This document shows, piece after piece, positions 36,985 through 49,378 of a DNA stretch of 64,000 nt. The notes beneath the pieces are model-generated. The model was given only the letters and a program-made list of their open reading frames with translations. It was not told where the DNA came from and searched no databases. Where the stretch lies: contig OZ360252.1 in the NCBI GenBank assembly GCA_977017645.1, forward strand, positions 21,886,001 through 21,950,000, written 5' to 3'. The DNA comes from Torpedo marmorata. Taxonomy: Eukaryota. The translations under genes were made by a program, and so were the position numbers. The first letter of the stretch is position 1. Each line of letters starts with the position of its first letter.

Positions 36985-37154
36985 ATGTACAGAGCCTTAA
37001 ACATCCGAATCGTGTTGGTTGGTTTGGAGATCTGGTCTGTCAGGAACCAGATCAATGTGGCCGGAGGGGCAGGCGAAGTGCTGGGACGGTTTGTGCAGTG
37101 GAGAGAGAAGGACTTGCTCCCACGGCGCAGACATGACACTGGCCAGTTAATTCT
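36985..37154 (+). CDS. ADAM9: ADAM9-like coding exon, metalloprotease domain (MYRALNIRIVLVGLEIWS...RRRHDTGQLIL)
   Basis: ctcgcag acceptor, gtgagt donor; 170 bp, phase 0 to 2; GGAGEVLGRFVQWREK closely matches ADAM9. Confidence 0.96.
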
Positions 37155-37369
37155 GTGAGTCTTCTGTATGTTCGTACCAAGTGCACAGGGAGTGTTGCAA
37201 TGAACTCCAAAAACGTAGACCTTAGCTGACGTGCATGCCTAATTGCCTTTGCACTTTACAAAGAGAATGGTGATGTCTTCCAAGACGATTGTCGATTGGG
37301 TTAGTGATGGCCTATAATCATTATTACAACATAGGAGTCACAGCAAGTGTGAGAGTTTATTGCCATTTA

Positions 37370-37672
37370 CAGGTAGTCCTCAACTTACGTCCGTGTTCCG
37401 TTCTGGCCGACCGGTCGTATCTCAAAATGGACGTACGTCGGAAATGCACTGTATCCGTTTTATCGTTCGTCAAATACAACATGGCGGCCACCAAGGCCAG
37501 CTCTCGCGAGAGGTTGGCCACCCCTGCCATAGGTGTTATTTTCCATAGATAGGCCCCTACTTTCAATGTAAAAGTGTAATTTTTATATTTTTTCTTTATT
37601 TTTTAAAAATAAAATTTGGTGGTATGTACGGATGGCCATAAGTCGCATAGGTTGTAAGTTGGGGACTACCTC
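37370..37672. mobile_element. Tigger-like MITE inserted in a Rex1 tail
   Basis: ta|caggtagtcctcaacttac ... gtaagttggggactacctc|ta. Confidence 0.85.
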
Positions 37673-38149
37673 TACACAAAAGTAATGTACAAATACACTG
37701 AAATTCTTACTACAGAATTAGAATTTATTTGTCATGAACATGGCATGAAATTTGTAGTTTAGCAGTAGCATTGCAGGTGCAAAATTGCTATAAATTACAT
37801 TAAAAAAATACATGAGTACAAGCCTTCAGCGCCTGAGGCCCTTCGGGAGACCTTCTTGCCCTCAGCACCCAGTTCCAATACCTGGTCCCCATGAGGTCAA
37901 CACAACTCTCTCGACTTTTGTATGCCGTAAAGTTGCCATGAGCATTGCCCGGCGCCCCTAACAATAGGAGAAAGAGAAGCCAATGAGATTCCCTTCAGAG
38001 TCGCTGAGTGTCCGTAGATTCGCCTCCAGCGCTCCCGCAGCCTCTGCAGCCGCATAGACCCCCGTTCTAATCCTATCAGCTGGAACGTTGGAGGGGGGGT
38101 GGAAACGTGGACTAGATGGAAAGCTTCAAGTTGCTCTGATATCTTTCAG

Positions 38150-38231
38150 GAAAAGGGGATTCGGAGGGACTGCAGGAATGGCCTTTGTGAACACGATCTG
38201 TTCGAGGAGCTACAGTGGAGGAATCAATGTG
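38150..38231 (+). CDS. ADAM9: ADAM9-like coding exon (KRGFGGTAGMAFVNTICSRSYSGGINV)
   Basis: ctttcag acceptor, gtatgg donor; 82 bp, phase 2 to 0; matches ADAM9 KKGFGGTAGMAFVGTVCSRSHAGGINV. Confidence 0.95.
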
Positions 38232-38416
38232 GTATGGAGCAACTTCTCACAACTCACACCCTCAAATAGAAAAAGATTGACTGCTCTTTGGCCTGCATCA
38301 GTATCACACTCATAAATGTCTTGTGCTCCTTTCTCAATGCTCTGAAGTACTTTAGAATCAGGGAAATACTTTGAAAAGTGGATGGTGTTGTCAAGGGTGA
38401 ATGGGAACTGCCAATA

Positions 38417-38653
38417 TAGTAAAAGTCCTAAAATCAGGACTGCTCGGGGATTGGGTAGGTCTGGATTTTTCTGATTCTCGGGCAGTATATCTGTGGCGCT
38501 TACGCAATGCACGCATGCATGCATGCAAAAGCCGAGAGTTTTCGAGAAGTCTGTAATTCTCGGGTGGTCTGGATTTCAGACGAGAGTTTTCGAGAAGTTC
38601 CGGATTCTCGGGTTATATGGATTTCTGGCGTCCGGATTTTCAGACTTTTACTG
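38417..38653. mobile_element. Tigger-like MITE
   Basis: ta|tagtaaaagtcctaaaatc ... gattttcagacttttactg|ta. Confidence 0.8.
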
Positions 38654-39272
38654 TATCCAACAGCTGGTCCGTCCCCAGTTACCTTGAGGAGATGGAGAGT
38701 CCTCGGTCAATTCATGTGCTCGTCCCCACACCCCCCCAACCCCAACCCTGCACTCTTGAGAACTCCAAACCCAGCAGATTGGCCTCACGATTCAGGACGC
38801 CTTGTGGCACAGCAGGTAGTGCTGCTGCCTAGCAAAGCTGGCGACCTGGGGTGAGGTCCTGGCCTCCGGAGCTGCCTGTGGAGTTTGCACCTTCTCCTTG
38901 CAACGACTGGGTAGGTTCTCCTCTCTCCCTCCTGCCACCCCCCCACCCCCCCCCCACAGCCCAGCGCTCCACTACCTCCCCCCACATCACAAGGTCCATG
39001 CAGACTGGCAGGTTAATGGGTCACTGAAGACCACCCTTCGTGCAGGTGGGAGGGAGGAGAATTTGGGTCCGCAAGAGAGCAGGTTGCGGGGAAATGGCTG
39101 GGATTGCACTGAAAACCAACCTCAGCTCGATGGGCTGAATGGCCTGAGTTATACAAAGCAGAAGCTGAGGTTGGAGGGGAAGGTTGCTCCTCTTGTCTTG
39201 GTTTACTGTTGAAGTCCACCAGCAGCCTGAGATGATGGAGTCACAAGAGGATCTAAGAGGCTAGTCCTTCAA

Positions 39273-39507
39273 TAGCCTGAATATGACTGGGATTGTCTGA
39301 TATTGGAAGCTAAGCAGGCACAGGACTGGTCAGTACTTGGAGGGGAGACCGCCTAGGAACACCAGGTGCTGTAGGTTTCTGTGAGGGGCGCTGGACAAAG
39401 TAGCGACTCTGTCTGCCTTACGGTAGACAAAAATTAAAGAATTTCATGTTTGTTACATTCTAAATGTAGTATTACGTGACAATAATGGAACCTATACCTT
39501 TACCTTT
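39273..39507 (+). mobile_element. 5S rRNA-derived SINE (SINE3-like), copy 2
   Basis: colinear with 13792-14023; same start tagcctgaata and same accttt-repeat end. Confidence 0.88.
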
Positions 39508-39963
39508 CTGCGGACTGAGGAACTGGTTTCTCTCCCTTTTCCCCTGTGATTCAATCCCAGGTCAGATCATGCCCTGAAGTCTGTTACCTGCTGAAGCTGG
39601 CACCCCCCCTATATTAAGAGGGAAAGAGAATCAAAAGAGAGTCCCTTCAGAAACACTTGTGTCCATGGGTTTGCCTCCAGCGCTCCCGTGGCCGCACAGA
39701 CTCCTGTTCGATTCATCGGCAACCCGAGCTCCAGATCCAAACCTCCCGACACGATCAGGGAACCTTCACCGCCCGAGGCCCTTTGGGATCCCATCTTGCC
39801 CTCAGTACCCTCTCGAATACCGGCTCTGATACCTGGTCCCCACGAGGTCAACTCAACTCCCGTATGCCGTAAAGTTGCCACGAGCATTGCCCGGCGCCCT
39901 CATTCCGCGGAGGGCGGTCAGTGGGAAGGCATTTCAGCATCTGCGTTCTGGTTTCTTTTGTAG

Positions 39964-40095
<132 letters not shown>

Positions 40096-40640
40096 TAAGT
40101 CTGCGGCGCACCTGTGCTACACCTGTGGCACCAGCTACCTGCTCTGAGTGTTGGTGACTTCAGAGTGTGCTTAACGTCAACAGTTGCATTACATTGGACT
40201 TGTGGGGGAAAAAAGTTTCATTTTTAATCAGTGATGTTTAATTTAATTTAATTTTTATAAAACTTAGACATACAGCACGGTAACAGGCCCGTGAGCCTGT
40301 GCCGCACAATTACACCCAATTGACCTACAGCCCCCAGTACGTTTTGAACGGACAATTCCCAGACAATTTTGATAACTGGGCAATTCCCAATCAAGTGTGT
40401 GACCACTTTGCCATGAGAGAGATATTGTTTTTATGGACAGTATTTGTGTAGCACTACCCTATTCTCGCCATATTTTCTCTGAGAAATTACGCTACTTTTA
40501 TTCGGAGAATTTGCTGCAGTTTCCAGTCCGTCCACGGAGTGAAACACAACAGTCTGCAGGCACTGCGATTGTAGTAAAACACAGAAATGCTGGAGGAACT
40601 CAGCCAGTCTTGCAGCGTCCATAGGAGGTAAAGATTAATT

Positions 40641-43600
40641 ATGGAGAAGGATAGGTCTGGGCCTCGAGTTGTGATTCTAAATTGGAGAAAGGCCAATTTT
40701 GAGGAAGTGACAAAGGATCTGGAATGCGTGGATTGGGATAAGTTGTTTTCGGGCAAGGATGTGCGAGGTAGGTGGAGGACCTTCAAAGGTGAAATTTTGA
40801 GAGTACAGAGTTTGTATGTTACTGTCAGGATTAAAGGCAAGGTTAGCAGGCATAGGGAAACTTGGTTTTCGAGGGATATTGGGGAGCTGGTTTGGAAGAA
40901 GAGAGAGGTGTACAGCAGGTATAGGCAACGTGGAGCAAATGAGGTACTTGAGGAGTACAGTACGTTTCCGATTATCCGAAACGCTTGGGACCGGACGTGT
41001 ATCGGTTAACTGCATTTTCCGGATATCTGATCTGCAGCCCAGTTTAAGTAGCAGAATAGTTGTATCGGCCGTCGCCGATCCCGACACCTCCCCACCACCG
41101 TCGCTGATCCTGCCCAGGCGCCCGAGGTCCCCGCTCGGATCCCCGACACCTCCCCACCGCCGTCGCAGAACCTGTCCAGGCGCCCGAGGTCCCCGCTCGG
41201 ATCCCCGACACCTCCCCACCGCCGTCGCGGAACCTGCCCGGGAAACTCCAGCCCTGGCCCCGGCCGCCGACTCACCGGAGCTTCCGACGCCACGGCCGCC
41301 GACCCAACGGAGCTCCCGATGACACGGCCGCCAACTCCAACCCTGGTCCCGGCTGCCGACCCAACGGAACTTCCGATGCCACGGCCGCAAACTCAAACCC
41401 GGAACCTGACCACCTACTCACCGGAGCTCCCGACGCTTTGTCCGCTGACTCCAGCGTTGAACCAGTCTGCCTACCTCCAGAAGATCCTGACGCTGATGCT
41501 GCGGACTCTCACCTGAGCCCCGGTCTCCCTCGGGCCGGAGCTTCCCGGGACCCCGAGGTCCCCGCTCCGATCCCAGCCCAATAGCATCAGCATAACGCTT
41601 GTACAGTATCAGCTGTTAAAACAACAACAAAGAACAAGGGAAGGTTTTTCAAGCATGAAATAAAGTTTAATTCTTACCTTGAGTACACGAGAGCTCCGTT
41701 GGATTCAAAATGGCGCTAACAGCACGTCAGAGTCCCACTTGAGCACGGCAGGTTAAAAAAATCCAACTTTTTTTCAACTTGTGACATCATGTCGCCGCCG
41801 AAAATTTTCGCGGATAACTTGGTAATTTCGGTAAAGTGGCTTTCGGATAATCGGAAACATACTGTATAAGAAATGCAAGAAAAACTCAAGAAAGAAATCA
41901 GGAAGGCAAAAAAAAGACATGAGGTTGCTTTGGCAGACAATGTGAAGGAAAATCTTAAGGGTTTCTACAGGTATATTAAGAGCAAAAGGATAGTAAGGGT
42001 CAAAAGTGGTCCCCTTGAAGATCAGAGTGGTCGGCCTTGTATGGAGCCAAAAGAGATGGGGGAGATCTTAAATGTTTTTTTTTCATCAATATTCACTCAG
42101 GAAACAGGAACAGAGTCGTGGGAAGTAAGGAAAACAAGCAGTGAGGTCATGGAACCTCTACAGATTAAAGAGGAGGAGGTTCTTGCTGTCTTAAAGCAAA
42201 AAAGGGTGGATAAATCCCCAGGGCCTGACAAGATATTCCCTCGGACCTTGAGGGAGGCTAATGTAGAAATTGCATGGGCTCTTGCAGAAATATTTAAAAT
42301 GTCCTAAGCCACGGATGTGGTGCTGGAGGATTGGAGGGTAGCTCACGTTGTTCCGTTGTTTAAAAAAGGCTCCAAAAGTAACCCTGGAAATTATAGGCTG
42401 GTAGCCTGATGTCAGTAGTAGGTAAATTTTTGGAAGGTGTTCTAAGAGATCGGATATACAATTATTTGGATAGCCAGAAACAAATTAAGGATAGTCAACA
42501 TGGCTTTGTGTGTGGTAGGTCGTGTTTAACCAATCTTAGAGTTTTAGGAGGAGGTTACCAGGAAAGTTGATGAAGGAAAGGCTGTGGATGTTATCTACAT
42601 TGACTTTAGTAAGGCCTTTGACAAGGTCCCACATGGGAGGTTTGTCAGGAAGGTTCAGACGCTAGGTATCCATGGTGAAGTAGTGAACTGGATTCGACAA
42701 TGGCTGGACGGGAGAAGCCAGAGAGTAGTGGTGGATGATTGCTTCTCAGACTGGAGGCCTGTAACTAGTGGTGTGCCTCAGGGATCGGTGCTGGGACCAT
42801 TGTTGTTTGTCATCTATATCAAGGATCTGGATGATAATGTGGTAAATTGGATCAGCAAGTTTGCAGATGACACTAAGCTTGGAGACGTTGTGGACAGATA
42901 AGAAGGTTTTCAAAGCTTGCAGAGGGATCTGGACCAGCTGGAAAAATGGGCTGAAAAATGGCAGATGGAATTTAATGCAGACAAGTGTGAGGTGTTGCAT
43001 TTTGGAAGGACAAACCAAGGTAGGACATACACGGTAAATGGTAGGGCACTGAGGAGTACGGTAGAACAGAGGGATCTGGGAATACAGATACATAATTCCC
43101 TGAAAGTGGCGTCACAGGTAGATAGAGTTGTAAAGAGAGCTTTTGGCATATTGGCTTCATAAATCAAAATATTGAGTACAGGAGCTGGGGTGTTATGGTA
43201 AAGTTGTATAAGACATTGGTGAGGCCAAATTTGGAGTATTGTGAGCAGTTCTGGTCGCCAAACTACAGGAAGGATATCAGTAAGATAGAGAGAGTGCAGA
43301 GAAGATTTACTGGGATGTTGCCCGGACTTCAGGAGTTAAAGGGAAAGGTTAAACAGGTTAGGACTTTATTCCCTGGAGCGTAGAAGAATGAGGGGAGATT
43401 TGATAGAGGTATTTAAAATTATGAGAGGGATAGACAGAGCAAATGTAGATAGGCTTTTTCCACTGAGGGTAGGTGAGATACAAACCAGAGGACATGGGTT
43501 AAGGGTGAAAGGGGAAAAGTTTAGGGGGAACATGAGGGGGAACTTCTTTACACAGAGTGGTAGGAGAGTGGAATGAGCTGCCAGCTGAGGTGGTGAATGC

Positions 43601-43772
43601 GGGCTCAATTTTAACATTTAAGAAGAATTTGGACAGGTACATTGATGGAAGAGGTATGGAGTGCTATGGACTGGGTGCAGGTCAGTGGGACTACGCAAAA
43701 ATAAAAATGGTTCGGCACAGAGTAGAAGGGCCGAAGGGGCCTGTTTCTGTGCTCTAATGTTCTATGGTTCTA
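40641..43772 (+). mobile_element. CR1 LINE, long 5'-truncated ORF2 relic interrupted by a MITE
   Basis: [46 protein letters not shown] motifs; tail tgttctatggttcta. Confidence 0.95.
40958..41864. mobile_element. 907-bp CpG-rich Tc1/mariner-type non-autonomous element with internal tandem repeats
   Basis: ta|cagtacgtttccgattatccgaaa ... tttcggataatcggaaacatactg|ta; CR1 frame EVLEEY resumes after it. Confidence 0.92.
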
Positions 43773-44659
43773 ACTGACGTTTCGGGCTGAGCCCTTCCTA
43801 CCTTGCAGAAGATGCTCAGGCCTGAAACGTCAGGCCCAAAACGTTGGTTATACAGCTTTACCTCCTATGGATGCTGCATGACTGTCTGAGTTCCTACAGC
43901 AATTCTGTGTTTTTACTCCAGTTCATCCATTTTTTAAGCGGATTGTTAGATTATAAGACATCAAAGCAGAATTAGCCCATGAACTCTGCCCCGCCATTCC
44001 ATCAGGGCTGATTTACTATCCTTTTCAACCCCATTCTCCTGCTTCTCCCCATGATTCCCTCTCTAGTCCAGAACCTATCTACCTGTGTTTTAAATATCCC
44101 CAATGACCTGGCCTACACAGCCGTCCATGGCAACAAATTCCAAAGATGCACCGCCCTCTGGGTAAAGAAATTCCTCCTCATCTCTGTTCTAAAGGGACGC
44201 TTTTGTATTCTGTCGCTGTGCCCTCTGGACCCAGACTCCCCCACCACAGGAAACATCCTCTCCACATCCACTCTATCCAGGCTTTTCAGTATTTCTTTTG
44301 CTTGTTTGAAGGCATCCTTAACACTAGATTCCAGCATCTTGCCAACCACCGACATCAGGCTAACCGGCCTATAATATATCCTGTCTTTTGCCTCCCTCTC
44401 TTGAAGAGTGGAGCGACGTTTGCAATTTTCCACTGTTCCGGGACCGTTGCCGGAGGTGGTGGTGGAGGCTGGTACAATAGGGACATTCAAAAGACTCTGA
44501 GACAGGTAGATGAAGCTAAGGAAAATAGAGGGTTATGGGTGTGAGGTAGGGAAGGATTAGATCATTGTGGAGTAGGTTTACGTAGGTCAGTGAAACATTG
44601 TGCGCTGGAGGGACCATACAGTGCTGTAGTTTTTAAATTTAAAATTTAAAATTAAAAAA

Positions 44660-46000
44660 AATATTAAAATTTAGACATGCAGCACGGTAACAGGCCCTTC
44701 TGGCCCACGAGCCCGTGCCGCCCGATTAACCTACAACCCCCGAACGTTTTGAAAGTTGGGAGGAAACCGGATCACCCAGAGGAAACCCACGCGGACAGAG
44801 GGAGAACATACAAGCTCCTTACAGTCAGCGCCGGATTCGAACCTTGGTCGCTGGCGCTGTGATAGTGTCGCGCTAACCGTGCCGCCAAACGTTCTATGTT
44901 CATTCCAGAATCTAGCGATTCCTGAAAGATCACGACCCACAGCCTCCACAATGTCTTCAGCTGCCTCTTTAAGAACCCTCGGGCTGACGTCCATCTGGTG
45001 CAGGTTGTCAGAGGAATTTTTGTTTTGCTGCCAGCACACTGACTGTGTTAAGAATCCCAAGTTCCAGCCCCACAGTCAACTCATTGCCTGATGCTTTATG
45101 ATCAAACTCTGTCACATCCTAAGTTGGATAAGGGCAGGAGCAGGTTTGGGCTCCAAGCTTCCAGATTCAATGATATTTTCGCCCCTATAATCAGACTCTC
45201 GAATGAACCTCCCATCAATTAAATTTTAAATTTAGACATACAGCACGGTAACAGGCCCTTTCGGCCCACGAACCCGTGCTGCCCAATTACACCCAATTGA
45301 CCTACAACCCCCGGTATGTTTTGAAAGGTGGGAGAAAACCGGAGCACTCGGAGGAAACTCACGCAGACACGGGGAGAACGTACAAACTCCTTACAGACAG
45401 CGCCGGATTCGAATCCCAGTCAGCCCGCCCCTATGCTAACCGTGCCGCCAAGATGATGCCTTGCACTTTTCTCTTCAACACGATCTGTCGCACTTTTGTT
45501 TTATGTAACGCTATACCGTTCTGTTTTTACTTGTGGATTTTAGAGGCTTATAGATGGATGAATATGGAGGTTAAATGAATGATATGCAGGTGGAAGAGAT
45601 TTAGTTTAATTTGATATGGTGTTCGGTACAGACATTTTGGGATGAAGGGTCTGTTCTTGTGTTGTACTATTGATCTATGCTCTGATTTCCAGCATCTGCC
45701 GTATTTTTCTTGGAGTTGAGTGGTATCAGCCAATCGTTTCCAGTCCGGCAGATAACAAGCAAGCTTTCGCTTTTAATTTTTAAATTTTAATTTGGACATA
45801 CAGCACGGGGTCAGGCCCTTCCGGCCCACGAGCCCGTGACGCCCAAATACCCAATTAACCTACAACCCCCTGTACGTTTTTGGAGGGTGGTAGGAAACCC
45901 ACGCATGTCACGGGGAGAACATACAGACAGCGGCAGATTAGAACGCGGGACGCTGGCGCTGTACTAGCATCGCGTCAACCACTACGCTAACCGTGCCACC
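44660..46000 (-). mobile_element. Three V-SINE copies (about 44660-44887, 45222-45449, 45780-45999)
   Basis: each runs from tttagacatacagcacgg-like tail to ctaaccgtgcc head on the + strand. Confidence 0.85.
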
Positions 46001-46019
46001 GTCTAAAAGGGACACTGAA

Positions 46020-47130
46020 TAATGTGGTAAATTGGATCAGCAAGTTTGCAGATGTCACTAAGATTGGAGGTGTTGTGGACAGCGAGGAAGGCTTTCAAAG
46101 CTTGCAGAGGGATCTGGACCAGCTGGAAAAATGGGCCAGAAAATGGCAGATGGAATTTAATGCAGACAAGTGTGAGGTGTTGCATTTTGGAAGGACAAAC
46201 CAAGAAAGGACATACATAATAAACAGTAGGGCACTGAGGAGTGCGGTAGAACAGAGGGATCTGGGAATACAGATACATAATTCCCTGAAAGTAGCGTCAC
46301 AGGAAGATCGGGTTGTAAAGAGAGCTTTTGGCATATTGGCCTTCATAAATCAAAGTATTGAGTACAGGAGTTGGGATGTTATGGTAAAGTTGTATAAGAC
46401 TTTAGTGAGGCCAAATTTGGAGTATTGTGTGCAGTTTTGGTCACATAACTGCAAGAAAGATATGAATAAGATTGAAAGAGTGCAGAGAAGATTTACTAGG
46501 ATCTTGCCTGGAAGAACTGGGAAAGATTAAACAGGTTAGGACTTTATTCCCTGGAGCGTAGAAGAATGAGGGGAGATTTGATGGAGGTATTTAAAATTAT
46601 GAGGGGTTTTGACACAGTAAATGCAAGTAGACTTTTAGGTGAGATACAAACCAGATGACATGGGTTAAGGGTGGAAGGGGAAGAGTTTAAGAGGAACATG
46701 AGGGGGAACTTCTTCACACAGAGAGTGGTGAGAGTGTGGAACGAGCTGCCAGCTAAGGTGGTGAATGTGCTGAAGAAAAATTTGGACAGGTACGTGGATG
46801 GGAGTGATATGGACTGGGTGCTGGTCAGTGGGACGAGGCAGTATAACAGTTCGGCACAGAATAGAAGGGCCGAAGGGCCTGTTTCTGTGCTGTAATGTTC
46901 CAGGGTTCAATGGATAGGCTGGAGTCTTTTTCCCTGAAGGGAAAGGTTTATATGAGGGGCATTGATAAGGTCAATATCACGGTCCTTTTCCCCAGATTAG
47001 GGGAGCTGATACTAAAGGGCGTAGATGTGAGGTGAGCGGGGAAAGATTTAAAAGGGGCCGGAAGGGTAACATCCTCACACAGAGGGTGGTGGGTGTGTGG
47101 ATCAAGCTGTCAGAGGAAGTCGTAGAAGTG
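46020..47130 (+). mobile_element. CR1 LINE 3' fragments
   Basis: ORF 46024-46530 (KFADVTKIGG...RPNLEYCVQFW) and 3' tails. Confidence 0.9.
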
Positions 47131-47249
47131 GGGAGAACGTACAAACTGCTTAGAGACAGCGCAGTGTTCGAACCTGGGTCGCCGGCGCCGTAACAGCATC
47201 GCGCTAACCGTGCCGCCCTTTAACGCGGAGATGCCCCCTCCTGTTCCAG

Positions 47250-47421
47250 GGGCTCCATGAACTTCAGCAGCTGCAGCGCCGATGACTTTGAAGCAATGAT
47301 CTTGAACAAGGGCGGCTCGTGCCTGCTAAATATACCCAGTCCGGAGGAGGAGTACAGCCCCCCGTTCTGTGGCAACAAGCTGGTGGACACTGGTGAAGAA
47401 TGTGACTGTGGATCGCCAGAG
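47250..47421 (+). CDS. ADAM9: ADAM9-like coding exon, end of metalloprotease / start of disintegrin (GSMNFSSCS...[18 protein letters not shown])
   Basis: ctgttccag acceptor, gtcagt donor; 172 bp, phase 2 to 0; CGN..GEECDCG signature. Confidence 0.96.
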
Positions 47422-47734
47422 GTCAGTTGTGTATCCCCCCCCTCCGCCCCTCCTCTGTCTCATTCTGAACCTCTCCTGGACAACCTTGCCCAGGTCGCAG
47501 CTGTTGTGAATCTGACCACCTTCCTTGCGCTGTCCTCAACGTGTTTGAGCGTTTGTCGTCCGATGTCCTGATGAGACTGCAACACAACCCCTTCGACAGG
47601 CCATGCAGAGTAGGTTTAGTTCACCGCTGTCCACCTGAGCAGGGGGTGGAGCGGCACCAGCCCCATGTTTACTCCGGTGTTCCCCAACAGCAGACCTGTG
47701 GCTGTGGACTGCAATGGCTTTGCCTTCCCCTGTC

Positions 47735-48240
47735 CTCTCCTTACAGGAAGGATGTAGAAGCTACGGAGAGGGTGCAGAGGAGATTTACCAGGATGTTGCC
47801 TGGATTGGAGAACGTGTCTTATGAGGCAAGGTTGGCAGAGCTGGGACTTTTCTCTTTGGAGCGAAGAAGGATGAGAGGTGACTTAATAGAGGTCTACAAG
47901 ATTATGAGAGGCATTGATAAGGTGGACAGCCAGCACCTTTTTCCCAGGGCGGGAGTAGCAAACACCAGAGGACGTCTGTACAAAGTGAAGGGAGGAAACT
48001 TAAGGGGAGACATCAGGGGTAAGTTTTTTTACACAGAGTTGTGGGTGCCTGGAACGCCTTGCCAGGGATGGTGGTGGAAGTTGGAACTATAGGGGTATTT
48101 AAGAGATTCTTCGACAGGCACATGGATGAAAGGAAAATAGAGCCTTATGAGATAGGGTGGGTTTAGCTTTTTTGTAGGTATATATAAGTTGGCACAACAT
48201 CGAAGGCCGAAGGGCCTGTACTGTGCTGTTAATGTTCTGT
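47735..48240 (+). mobile_element. CR1 LINE 3' fragment
   Basis: SPYRKDVEATERVQRRFTRMLPGL...RGDLIEVYKIM. Confidence 0.88.
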
Positions 48241-48983
48241 CCTCCGTCAGCCCTGCACCGTGAGTCGCTGGTGGGAATTGGGCACGTTCTCTATCGGTGC
48301 AGAAATCACCGATTGTGGTGTACGTCGATGTCCTCTATGTGAGGCGCTGCCTCAAGGAGGCAGCCCACATGATAAAGGACCCCCATCACCCTGGTCACAA
48401 CCTCTTCTCACTGCTGCCTTCGGGCAGAAGGTACAGAAGCCAGAAATCCTGTTTCTCTCCAACTGCTGTCAAGCTAATGAACCTCCCCTTGTTACACGAA
48501 TCGTAAAATACTCCGTTGCCGCAAGAGGGCCAGCTCCACGATTGCAACGCCACTATTTTTTTTTTCTTCACGATAGGAGAAAGAACATTCCGGCACCGTA
48601 AAGAACATTCCAGCACAGTAAAGAACATTCCAGCACAGTAAAAGCCCTTCATGTTGTGCGAACCTATTGAACAATCTAATCCTTCCCAACCTCACACCCA
48701 TAACCCTCTTTTTTTTCTTGCATCCATGTGCCTGTCTTAAGAGTCTGTTGAATGTCCCTATTGTACCAGCCTCCACCACCACCCCCGGCAATGCATTCTA
48801 GGCACTCAGCACTTTTTATTAAAAAAAAAAAAGCTTACCCCTGACGTCCCCACTAAACTTTCCTTCCTTCACCTTCGAAAGATGTCATCTGGTGTTTGCA
48901 ACTGTCGCCCCGGGAATAAGGTGCTGGCTGTCCACTTTATCTACAAGGCGATGAGGGGCTATACCTCTCATCGGCTTGTAGAT

Positions 48984-49378
48984 CAGTGGTTTTCAAACTT
49001 TTTCTTTCCACTCACATACCACCTTAAGTAATCCCTATGCCACAGGTGCTCTGTGATTGGTAAGGGATTACTTAAGGTGGTATGTGAGTGGGGGAAAAAA
49101 GGTCGAGAACCACTGCTCCAGACCCAATTGTTACTGAAATATTTTGCTTGAGAAAAATTGTCGTTGGCCCATTTCCTTTGGAGTTATGAAACCGTGCACA
49201 TAACGAGTCAATTAGGTCCGATTAAAACAGTGGTTTTCAAACTTTTTCTTTCCACCCACATACCACCTTAAGCAATCCCTTACTAATCACAGAGCACCTA
49301 TGCCATAGCTGCTCTGTGATTAGTAAGGGATTACTTAAGGGGGTATGTGAGTGGAAAGAAAAAGTTTGAAAACCACTG
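48984..49378. mobile_element. hAT composite palindromic MITE, copy 2
   Basis: cagtggttttcaaact TIRs; imperfect 8-bp TSD ttgtagat/ttgcaggt. Confidence 0.88.

Noticed and set aside
40677-41516. Long Pro/Arg/Gly-rich ORFs (239 aa, 168 aa)
   Set aside because: By-products of GC-rich tandem repeats within a MITE; no domain motifs
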